Shown: piece after piece, positions 22,694 to 29,587 of the stretch
Position numbering within the stretch: the first letter of the stretch is position 1
How the letters are laid out: every line of letters starts with the position of its first letter
Source: a virus
Virus record (IMG/VR): IMGVR_UViG_3300020181_000002
Span: 1 to 46,141 of that record
Reading direction: 5' to 3' (one strand)
Length of the DNA: 46,141 bases
Made by a program: the position numbers and the translations under genes
The notes under the pieces: generated by a model
Told to the model about the DNA's origin: nothing
The model's input: only the letters and a program-made list of their open reading frames with translations
Database searches by the model: none

Positions 22694-23815
22694 ATGCACC
22701 TAGGACACTCCAGCTCTAGCGCAGCGCGCCTTGCAGGGCAACAGCCCGACGCGCACGAACCGGCCGGAAGCAGCGCGTCCCCGACGACGAGCTACCTCGG
22801 GCTCTCGTTCTGGCTGACCAAGCATCACCCCGGCCTCAAGCGCAGCGAGCGCGACGTCTACGTGGCGCTGTCGCAGTTCGCCAACGCCGGCAACGCGCGG
22901 CCTACCAAGCGGGAGCTGCGCATGGCCACGGGGCTCAGCGAGAACGCCGTCGACGAGGCGGTGCGCGCGCTGCGCCGCACGGGCTGGCTGACCGTGCTCA
23001 CCGAGTCGGGCGGCAAGAACGTGTACCGACTGCAGCGCGGACCGTGGCTCGACCCCGTGGACCCCCCCCACGGGCTGGAGGGGGTACCCCCCCCACGCAC
23101 TGGGGGGGCTTTAAAAGCCTCGGTAAAAGCAGACTCTGCTCTGGGTAACTCCAACCAACTGAAACATACCCAAGCAGCAACAGGCGCGCGCGCTCGCCCG
23201 CAGGCTCCCAGCGCTGCGCCCTCGAAGCCGTCTACCAAGACAAAAACTTCTGCTGCTGCTTCACTTGCTCACAAAGACCCCTATACGCCCGAATGCGCCG
23301 CTCGCGTCGCTGCGGCTATGGCAGAGCGGTTCGGTCCTGTTGCGGGGCGCGACGCCGCGCAGGTGGCGCGCAGCGAGGGTGCCAGCGACGAGCAGCTCGA
23401 GGGCGCGCTAACGCTCACGCTCGAAGCCAAGGACGTCGAGACGCCGGGGCGGTACTTCCGAGCCATGGTGCGCCGGGCCAAGGGCGGCGAGCTGGAGGGC
23501 GAGCTGCAGCGGCTCGCCGAGCGGCGCGAGGCCGAGCGCCTGCGCGCCGAGCGGCTGGCGCGCCAGGCCGAGGCCGACGCGAAGCGCCTCGCTGCGCGTC
23601 GCAAGCCAGCGGCGCGCGCGCCCGAGCCGCCGCCCGACCCGAGCGCGCCGCTCGACCCGACCGAACTGGAAGCGGTGCGCGCGCTGCGCGACAAGCTCAA
23701 GCTCGAGCTGGTCGACAAGCCCCGGCGGGCGAGCGAGCAGCAGCGTGGCGGCACGCCGGCTCGCGTTGGCGAGCGCGTCGCCGCGACGCTGCTCAGCCGG
23801 TTCGCACCGGACTGA
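22694..23815 (+). CDS. Winged-helix replication-initiator-like protein (373 aa)
   Basis: The N-terminal wHTH pattern is ERDVYVALSQFANAGNARPTKRELRMATGLSENAVDEAVRALRRTGWLTVL...YRL. It is followed by a low-complexity linker and a charged coiled-coil C-terminus. GAGG 8 nt before the ATG. Divergent from parA. Confidence 0.55.
   Translation: MHLGHSSSSAARLAGQQPDAHEPAGSSASPTTSYLGLSFWLTKHHPGLKRSERDVYVALSQFANAGNARPTKRELRMATGLSENAVDEAVRALRRTGWLTVLTESGGKNVYRLQRGPWLDPVDPPHGLEGVPPPRTGGALKASVKADSALGNSNQLKHTQAATGARARPQAPSAAPSKPSTKTKTSAAASLAHKDPYTPECAARVAAAMAERFGPVAGRDAAQVARSEGASDEQLEGALTLTLEAKDVETPGRYFRAMVRRAKGGELEGELQRLAERREAERLRAERLARQAEADAKRLAARRKPAARAPEPPPDPSAPLDPTELEAVRALRDKLKLELVDKPRRASEQQRGGTPARVGERVAATLLSRFAPD
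23052..23175. promoter_or_regulatory. Origin-like structure inside the initiator gene: ACCCCCCCCACG x2 (23061-23072, 23086-23097), palindrome GGGGGTACCCCC, a G7 run, then an A+T-rich stretch of about 65 bp
   Basis: Read directly. This is the only C8/G7 homopolymer cluster I saw and one of the lowest-GC patches in the window (ctttaaaagcctcggtaaaagcagactctgctctgggtaactccaaccaactgaaacatacc). Confidence 0.5.
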
Positions 23816-23929
23816 GGGCCAGGGCGCGCGCACGGCTTCGATGCACTGCTCGTTGCAGCGGGGGCAGCTCATGCCGCCCCTGTATAGGCGCGCCCCGCCG
23901 CCCCGGTCGCGTCCCCTACCGACGCCTAC

Positions 23930-23954
23930 CTATTTTCTGTGGCACGTAAAATAG
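23930..23954. promoter_or_regulatory. A+T-rich inverted repeat CTATTTT-N11-AAAATAG containing a TAAAAT -10-like hexamer. Candidate promoter/operator for the 24049-26409 plus-strand block.
   Basis: Read directly in the 233-bp intergenic region. No convincing -35. Confidence 0.35.
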
Positions 23955-24048
23955 TCGTCGTCCCCGGCCGGGGGTGCCGGTAAAGTGGTTTGTGTGGGAC
24001 GGAAAAGGGCGCACGGAGCGCCCGCCGCCCCGCGCTTGGGAGGCCACG

Positions 24049-24294
24049 GTGTCGAAGTCGGTTAGTCATCGCAAGGAGCTGCGCGCGCTCAAGCGCGCCC
24101 TCGAGGCAACGGGCATGCATACGCGCATGGTGGGCACGTTCGGCGTCGAGGTGGCGTGCTTCCCGCAGCCCCTGCACATCGAGATGAACTCGCACGGCGA
24201 GTACAGCATCGACTACGCCGGTTGGCGCGAGACGCGCACGGTGTCCACCGAGGCCGAGTGCGTCGCCCTGGTGGGCAAGGTGGTGCGCAAGTGA
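24049..24294 (+). CDS. Hypothetical protein (81 aa)
   Basis: GTG 24049 with GGGAGG 5 nt upstream: VSKSVSHRKELRALKRALEATGMHTRMVG... Confidence 0.5.
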   Translation: MSKSVSHRKELRALKRALEATGMHTRMVGTFGVEVACFPQPLHIEMNSHGEYSIDYAGWRETRTVSTEAECVALVGKVVRK

Positions 24295-24617
24295 CCCCCG
24301 ACGAGCGCAACGACCTGCTGCTCGTGCCGGCCGACCTGTACACCGACCGCGACGTGCTCGACCGCATCGAGGACGCGCTCATGGCCGAGGACCTGCACTG
24401 CGTGGAGCTTGAGCACGACTCCGGCGTGGCCGTGGACCTTGCCCCGTACGTGCAGGTGCACGTCAAGGTGGTGGCCGAGGGCTTCTCGCTACGCCTGGTC
24501 GTGTGCGGGCGCCCGCACCGCAGCATCGGCACGGTCACGCACGACCGCGACGTGGTGCTGCTGTGCGCGGCGCTGCGCGCCAAGGCCATGCGCGTCAAGC
24601 GCCTGTTCGACCTGTGA
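24291..24617 (+). CDS. Hypothetical protein (108 aa), possible paralogue of the preceding gene
   Basis: GTGA overlap: VTPDERNDLLLVPADLYTDRDVLDRIEDALMAEDLHCVELEH... Confidence 0.5.
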   Translation: MTPDERNDLLLVPADLYTDRDVLDRIEDALMAEDLHCVELEHDSGVAVDLAPYVQVHVKVVAEGFSLRLVVCGRPHRSIGTVTHDRDVVLLCAALRAKAMRVKRLFDL

Positions 24618-24625
24618 CCCCACAC

Positions 24626-24701
24626 CGGGCGCGCAGCACCGCGCCCCGTTCGCCTGAGCGCGCGACCCCGTCCGGTCGCGCCCTCGGTCGAGCGACGCTC
24701 G
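24626..24701 (+). terminator. Three consecutive GC hairpins: GGGCGCG-N6-CGCGCCC (24626-24645), GCGCGACC-N6-GGTCGCGC (24659-24680), TCGAGCG-A-CGCTCGA (24687-24701)
   Basis: Read directly after the stop at 24617. There are no strong U-tracts, so terminator function is inferred only. Confidence 0.4.
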
Positions 24702-24720
24702 AGAAAGCAGCAGTACCACC

Positions 24721-25092
24721 ATGAAGTCCAGCAAGAAGGCCACGAAGACCGTCACGACCAAGGCACGCGCGAAGACCCTGCGCCCGGCCGACAAGGCCAT
24801 CAGCAAGCGCGAGGCGGCGCGCCTCGAAGAGGAGCGCAAGGAGCGCGTGCGCGCGCGCGACCGCGAGCGCATGGCGAAGAAGCGCGCCGAGCAGCGCGCC
24901 GCCAAGGCGCCCGCCAAGGGCAAGGCCGAGGGCAAGGCGCCCGCTGCGCCCACCGAGGTCGCCATCACCAAGGACCAGTTGGTCACGGCGCTCGACGTGG
25001 AGATCGCCCGCGCGCGCGCTGGCGCCGCGTCGGTGAGCCGCGTCAAGGCGCTCGAGCTAGCGCGCGGTCTCGCGGCGCTGCTCGGCGCGTAG
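24721..25092 (+). CDS. Lys/Ala/Arg-rich basic protein (123 aa), histone-H1-like composition
   Basis: MKSSKKATKTVTTKARAKTLRPADKAISKREAARLEEERKERVRARDRERMAKKRAEQRAAKAPAKGKAEGKAPAAP... Flanked by hairpins on both sides. Confidence 0.55.
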   Translation: MKSSKKATKTVTTKARAKTLRPADKAISKREAARLEEERKERVRARDRERMAKKRAEQRAAKAPAKGKAEGKAPAAPTEVAITKDQLVTALDVEIARARAGAASVSRVKALELARGLAALLGA

Positions 25093-25104
25093 TTGCCGAC
25101 CCCT

Positions 25105-25127
25105 GGCGGACCGCCACCGGGTCCGCC
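25105..25127 (+). terminator. Hairpin GGCGGACC-N7-GGTCCGCC
   Basis: Read directly 13 nt after the stop at 25092. Weak U-tract. Confidence 0.4.
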
Positions 25128-25212
25128 CGTCTACGCCTGCGCGCGCACCTGGCAACGGGTCGCGCACGGGCGCAGGCGATGGTCGCCTGGATCAAGGAGA
25201 ACCGAACCCACC

Positions 25213-25416
25213 ATGCAACAGCAGCAACAGGTCAAGCGCGGGCGCCCACCGCTGCCCAAGGCAGCGCGCAAGGAGGACGTGCGGCGCTTTCGGCTCGACG
25301 CCGAGGGGCTGCGCACGCTCAGCCGCGTGAAGAAGAAGCTCGGCACCGACAACGACAGCGAGGCGCTACGCGCTGCCCTGGCGGCGCTCGCCGAGCGCCT
25401 CGGAGTCGCGTCGTGA
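25213..25416 (+). CDS. Small RHH/antitoxin-like DNA-binding protein (67 aa)
   Basis: MQQQQQVKRGRPPLPKAARKEDVRRFRLDAEGLRTLSRVKKKLGTDNDSEALRAALAAL (GRPP..., a beta-strand, then two helices). Confidence 0.45.
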   Translation: MQQQQQVKRGRPPLPKAARKEDVRRFRLDAEGLRTLSRVKKKLGTDNDSEALRAALAALAERLGVAS

Positions 25417-25787
25417 GCAGGAAGAAGCGAGGCGAGTCGCCCGAGGCCGCAAGCCTCCGCGCTCGCAAGGCGTGGCGCACGCGCCGCGAGAACCTGCGCG
25501 AGCAGGCCGAGGGCGTGCGCGCACCGCGCAGCGCGCGCCCGGCGCCGCCCAAGACGGTCGAGCTGACGCCGGAGCTGGAGTACCAGCTCAAGCGCGTCCT
25601 CGGCATCGTGGACATCATCGACATGGCCGAGCTGATCGAGTTCAGCATGGCCGAACGTGGCGGAGCAGACGCCGAGCGCCACGCCTACGCGAGCGCCGTG
25701 CTGCGCTCGATCCTCATGGCCATCGAGGCGCGCTACCAGGTCGCGCGCCCGACGCGCGGCTACGTGCCGCAGGAGGGCGACGAATGA
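25413..25787 (+). CDS. Hypothetical protein (124 aa)
   Basis: GTGA overlap. Basic N-terminus and helical C-terminus (LEYQLKRVLGIVDIIDMAELIEFSMAERG). Confidence 0.5.
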   Translation: MSRKKRGESPEAASLRARKAWRTRRENLREQAEGVRAPRSARPAPPKTVELTPELEYQLKRVLGIVDIIDMAELIEFSMAERGGADAERHAYASAVLRSILMAIEARYQVARPTRGYVPQEGDE

Positions 25788-26125
25788 GCCGCCCGACTCC
25801 ACTGCGCATCGCGCTCTACGTTCCCGTGACGGCCTGCATCGCGGACGACGTGGAGGTGCGGCGCGACTTTCCCATCTCGCTCAAGGCGCTGCAGACGGCC
25901 GTGGGCGGCTACATCGAGCCGGTGCGTCTGCACCGTGGCGCGCTCGCCGCGCTCGCCGGCTACTTCGACGAGGACCTCGGCGACCCGGTCATGCTGGTCG
26001 ACGAGGAGGGTCTGCTGAAGCAGCGCCCGGCGAACCTCTTCGCCAGCGCCATCGCGGCGCGACCCATCGTCGGCGACGTGCTGATCGTGGACATCCGCGA
26101 CCCCGACGAGGGAGGCGCATCGTGA
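25784..26125 (+). CDS. DUF3846-like protein
   Basis: ISLKALQTAVGGYIEPVRL...MLVDEEGLLKQRPANLFAS...IVGDVLIV follows the DUF3846 pattern (L..lQ..VGG.iE.v......D.EGkl..lp.N......GdvlI). ATGA overlap. Confidence 0.65.
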   Translation: MSRPTPLRIALYVPVTACIADDVEVRRDFPISLKALQTAVGGYIEPVRLHRGALAALAGYFDEDLGDPVMLVDEEGLLKQRPANLFASAIAARPIVGDVLIVDIRDPDEGGAS

Positions 26126-26409
26126 CCAAGCGCCACGTACCGCTCGGCCGGCTCGTCATCACCCCCAACGCGCAGGCTGCGCTCTCGGGCGAGCGCGTCA
26201 TCGCTGCCGTCGAGGGTCACATCACCTGCCAGTGGGGCGATGCCATCGCGCCCGGCGACCGGCGCGCCAACGACCAGGCGCTCACGCACGGCGACCGTGT
26301 CATGAGCGTCTGGCACGTCGACCCGAGCGACCCCTCCCAAGGCACGTTCTGGGTCATCACCGAGGCGGACCGGGCGAGCACCTGCGTGCTCATGCCCGAC
26401 GACTACTGA
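26122..26409 (+). CDS. Small plasmid/ICE-associated conserved protein (95 aa)
   Basis: LVITPNAQAAL...H..CQWGD....D..AND.AL..GDRVMSVW...GTFWVITEADRASTCVLMPDDY resembles the family that often follows DUF3846 genes (WiITEaDRS.TT.LLP.EY). Confidence 0.55.
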   Translation: MTKRHVPLGRLVITPNAQAALSGERVIAAVEGHITCQWGDAIAPGDRRANDQALTHGDRVMSVWHVDPSDPSQGTFWVITEADRASTCVLMPDDY

Positions 26410-27092
26410 CCGCCTCGACCCGCTGACGCGGCGCGCTGCACCAGATCCGACCCTGGTGCGGCGCGCTCGTCGTGATCTAGCTCGGCGCCAAGGCGCCGCA
26501 ACAGCGCCGCTGCGAGCACGCCCTTCAGGCTCACGAGCCCGGCGTGGTACTGCCGCGCCTCCGCTTGCGCCAGGCCCACGACCCAGAGCCCCGCATGCCG
26601 GGGCAGCACGCGCGCCGCTCGGTGTCCCGCGAACACGACCGTCTGCCCCGGCATCGGGCGCCTCAGCGCGCCCTGGCACGCCTCGAGGTAGTCGTCGCCG
26701 AGCAGCACGAGCCTGAGCGCGTGGTGGGGGTTGTAGAGCACGCTCACGACGCCGTCGGCGATGCCGAGCAGCGCCGCCTCCTGCCGGATGCGCGCCTTGG
26801 GCATGCCCTGGAACGTGCGCTCGTAGGGCGCGAGCACCTGGTCGCCGGCGACGACGCCGTGCTTGGCCGACACGATCCACACGTGCGCGCCCGCTGCGCG
26901 CGGCGAGCGCCGAAACGCCCGTACGCCGTCCATCAGCGCCACGTGCTGGCGTCCCGTGTAGAGGTCCTCCGCGGGCGCCGGCTCCGCGCGCTTCATCCCC
27001 GTGCAGCTCGTCAACACCGCGACGCCAATCGGACCGGGCGGCAGGTGCACCGGCAGAACCGCGCTCATCAACTCTTTGAAGGTCACCTGCAT
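26403..27092 (-). CDS. Conserved hypothetical protein coupled to queE (DUF6884-like by recollection)
   Basis: 229 aa. LTSCTGMKRAEPAPAEDLYTGRQHVALMDG...HVWIVSAKHGVVAGDQVLAPYERTF. The start overlaps the queE stop by 1 nt (TGATG). Last gene of the minus-strand chain. Confidence 0.5.
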   Translation of the reverse strand: MQVTFKELMSAVLPVHLPPGPIGVAVLTSCTGMKRAEPAPAEDLYTGRQHVALMDGVRAFRRSPRAAGAHVWIVSAKHGVVAGDQVLAPYERTFQGMPKARIRQEAALLGIADGVVSVLYNPHHALRLVLLGDDYLEACQGALRRPMPGQTVVFAGHRAARVLPRHAGLWVVGLAQAEARQYHAGLVSLKGVLAAALLRRLGAELDHDERAAPGSDLVQRAASAGRGGQ

Positions 27093-27757
27093 CAGCGGAG
27101 CCCGAGATACTTGTGTACCTGCACCGAGACGCGGTGGCCATGCCGCGTCGCCAGTTCCACGCAGAGCCGCGTTGCGACCGGGTGCTGGCTGAGCGGCTGA
27201 AGCCACACCGCTACGCCACGGCGCAACAGCGGCAGGACACGCGCGGCGAGCTTCTCGTAGTCCGCGCGCTTGCCGATGGGCGCCTTCAGCTCGTCCGCCC
27301 GCTCGAGCGCGTCCGGCAGCACGACGCAGCCGCCCGGCATGTCGAGCTTGGGAGAGACCGTGACCCATGTGCCCGGCGCGACCCGGACGCGCTGCGTGCC
27401 GCTCGTCTCCACCTGCACCGTGCGCCCGGCGTCCTGGAGCAGCCGCGTCAGCCGCTCGAGGTCGTAGAGGCACGGCTCGCCGCCCGTGATGACGACGTGG
27501 CGCGCCTCGTAGGTCTCGACGAGCGAGACGAGCTCGTCCGCCGTCAGCGCCGCGAACGTGTCCGCGTCGGCCTGCTTCGCGATCATCGCCTCGACCGACA
27601 CCTCGCGCTCCGGCTTCACCTTCCAGGTGTGCTTCGTGTCGCACCAGGGGCAGCCCACCGGGCAGCCCTGAAGACGCACGAACACGGCCGGCGTGCCGGT
27701 GAAGGTGGCCTCGCCCTGCACGGTCTGGAAGACCTCGTTCACGACGAGGCGCGTCAC
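27092..27757 (-). CDS. queE: 7-carboxy-7-deazaguanine synthase QueE (radical SAM)
   Basis: NEVFQTVQGEATFTGTPAVFVRLQGCPVGCPWCDTKHTW (CX3CX2C cluster), ITGGEP and LQP. GTGA overlap with queD. Confidence 0.88.
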   Translation of the reverse strand: MTRLVVNEVFQTVQGEATFTGTPAVFVRLQGCPVGCPWCDTKHTWKVKPEREVSVEAMIAKQADADTFAALTADELVSLVETYEARHVVITGGEPCLYDLERLTRLLQDAGRTVQVETSGTQRVRVAPGTWVTVSPKLDMPGGCVVLPDALERADELKAPIGKRADYEKLAARVLPLLRRGVAVWLQPLSQHPVATRLCVELATRHGHRVSVQVHKYLGLR

Positions 27758-28185
27758 GGCGCGCGCCTTGCCACGGCGTACGTGGCGCTGCACTTGGCCG
27801 TCTCGTCGATGCGCACCTCGACCAGCTCGACGCCGAGCCCGCTGAGCTGGCGCGGGCCGACATCCTCGACGAGGTGACGCGCCATGTTCTCGGCGGTCGG
27901 GTTGAACGGCACGCGCACGAGCGTCGGGTCGACGCGCGCGAGCTGCTCGGCCAGCGGGTCTCTTTGCCAGATCAGAAACCGATGGTCCCACTCGCGCTCG
28001 AGCCACATGCAGAGCTGCGTCTTCATGACGCTGAAGTCGACCACGCGCCCCACCTCGTCGAGCCGCGTCGCGGCGCACGAGAAGTGAACGCGGTAGTTGT
28101 GCCCGTGCAGGTGCGCGCACTTGCCTTCGTGCCCGACCACGCGATGGCCGCACGAGATGTCGTGGTAGCGGCTGGCGACGATCAT
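27754..28185 (-). CDS. queD: 6-carboxy-5,6,7,8-tetrahydropterin synthase QueD
   Basis: ISCGHRVVGHEGKCAHLHGHNYRV and ...PTAENMA... are typical PTPS/QueD motifs. ATGA overlap with folE. Confidence 0.88.
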   Translation of the reverse strand: MIVASRYHDISCGHRVVGHEGKCAHLHGHNYRVHFSCAATRLDEVGRVVDFSVMKTQLCMWLEREWDHRFLIWQRDPLAEQLARVDPTLVRVPFNPTAENMARHLVEDVGPRQLSGLGVELVEVRIDETAKCSATYAVARRAP

Positions 28186-28844
28186 GGCGCCTGCCCGATC
28201 ATCGACAGGAACTCCTGGCGCGCGGCGAGCTGCTCCCGGAAGAGGCCGCGCATGACGCTGGTCGTCATGCAGGCGTCCCCGTCGCGCACGCCACGCCAGC
28301 TCATGCAGAGGTGCTCGGCCTTGATGACCACCGCGAGCGCGCGGGGCGCCACCAGCATCTCCAGCAGGTCGGCGAGCTGCACCGCTGCCTCCTCCTGGAT
28401 CTGGGGGCGCGCCATCACCCACTCGGTCAGGCGCGCGAACTTGCTGAGGCCGATGAGGCGCTCGCCGGGGATGACCCCGATCCATGCCTTGCCGAGAATG
28501 GGCACCATGTGATGGGAGCATGCCGAGCGCACCGTGATGGGACCGACCGTGTACAGCTCGTCGAGCCCCTTCACGTTCGGGAAGTCGGTCACGTCCGGGC
28601 ACGGCTCGTACCGGCCACGGTAGACCTCGCGCACCAGCATCTTCGCCACGCGCCTGGCCGTGTCGCGCGTGTTGTGATCGCACGTGTAGTCGATGACGAG
28701 CGCGTGCAGCACCTGCTTCACGGCCAGCTCGACCACGGCCTCGATACTCTCGAGGTCGCCGGGGCGCAGCACCTCGCTGATGTTGTCGTTGGCCGCGAAC
28801 GGGATGCCGGTCTCGCGCAGCCGGTCGAGGATGGTCTGCGTCAC
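28182..28844 (-). CDS. folE: GTP cyclohydrolase I FolE
   Basis: TRDTARRVAKML, SACSHHMVPILGKAWIGVIPG..IGLSKFARL, RPQIQEE and HLCM..RGV match type I GTP cyclohydrolase. GTGA overlap with queC. Confidence 0.9.
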   Translation of the reverse strand: MTQTILDRLRETGIPFAANDNISEVLRPGDLESIEAVVELAVKQVLHALVIDYTCDHNTRDTARRVAKMLVREVYRGRYEPCPDVTDFPNVKGLDELYTVGPITVRSACSHHMVPILGKAWIGVIPGERLIGLSKFARLTEWVMARPQIQEEAAVQLADLLEMLVAPRALAVVIKAEHLCMSWRGVRDGDACMTTSVMRGLFREQLAARQEFLSMIGQAP

Positions 28845-29587
28845 GCCGCACCGACGTCGCCGAGCCCGGCGCGCTCGAGCAAGGGGTCCGGGACGCCGGC
28901 CCCGTCGAAGCCGTGCTGCCTCAGCACGCACGCATGGCACCGGCCGCACGGCGGATAGTGCCCGGCGTAGCAGGTGTGGCTGTACGAGAGCGCGTGCAGG
29001 CAGCCGGGGAGGCGCGACGCGAGCTGCACGCTCTCGGCCTTCGTCTTGTCGATGAGCGGAACGTGGATGCGGAAGTCTTGGATGCCGAGCGCGTGGTTGA
29101 TCGCCCACTCCTGCCGCAGGATGAAGCTCATCCGGCAGTCGGGGTAGTTCGCATTGTCCTCCTCGCAGACGCCCACGACCACGTCGCGCAGGCCCATCGC
29201 CACGGCGCGGTTTGCCGCCAGCGTGAGAAACAGCGCGTTGCGCATCGGCACGAACGTCAGCTCCACGCGGTCGCCGATGACGCGCTCCATTTGCTCGAAG
29301 CTCCGGTAGGTCTCGAGCGGGTGAGACGGGTCGGTCAGCGGCGAGGCGCTGCGCAGGATGCCGGGCACGCCCACGATCTCGTGCGACGCCACCTCCGCCA
29401 GCTCGGCGACCTTGCGCGCCGCGTCGACCTCGCGCGCGTGGCGCTGGCCGTAGTCGAACGTCACAGCGTGCACCTCCTTGAACTTCTCGCGCGCCCAAAA
29501 GAGACACGTGGTCGAGTCTTGCCCTCCGCTCAGCACGACGAGCGCGGCTCGGTCCTTGTGGTAAGCGAGGTCGTTGCGGTCCGTCAT
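28841..29587 (-). CDS. queC: 7-cyano-7-deazaguanine (preQ0) synthase QueC
   Basis: PP-loop VVLSGGQDSTTCL, FDYGQRH, VPMRNALFL, and C-terminal Cys motif SHTCY...CGRCHACVLR. ATGA overlap with dpdA. Confidence 0.9.
   Translation of the reverse strand: MTDRNDLAYHKDRAALVVLSGGQDSTTCLFWAREKFKEVHAVTFDYGQRHAREVDAARKVAELAEVASHEIVGVPGILRSASPLTDPSHPLETYRSFEQMERVIGDRVELTFVPMRNALFLTLAANRAVAMGLRDVVVGVCEEDNANYPDCRMSFILRQEWAINHALGIQDFRIHVPLIDKTKAESVQLASRLPGCLHALSYSHTCYAGHYPPCGRCHACVLRQHGFDGAGVPDPLLERAGLGDVGAA

Noticed and set aside
23408-23872. Minus-strand ORF beginning MSCPRCNEQC (zinc-ribbon-like start) in the initiator 3' region and intergenic region.
   Set aside because: After the first 20 residues or so the translation becomes Arg/Ala-rich antisense-type sequence overlapping the initiator's C-terminal coding region. 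It has no RBS and no coupling to neighbours.
23939-23954. TGGCAC motif suggesting a sigma-54 (-24/-12) promoter.
   Set aside because: The required GC element (TTGCW) five bases downstream is absent; the sequence there is GTAAAATAG. I kept it only as part of an A+T-rich inverted repeat and possible sigma-70-type promoter.
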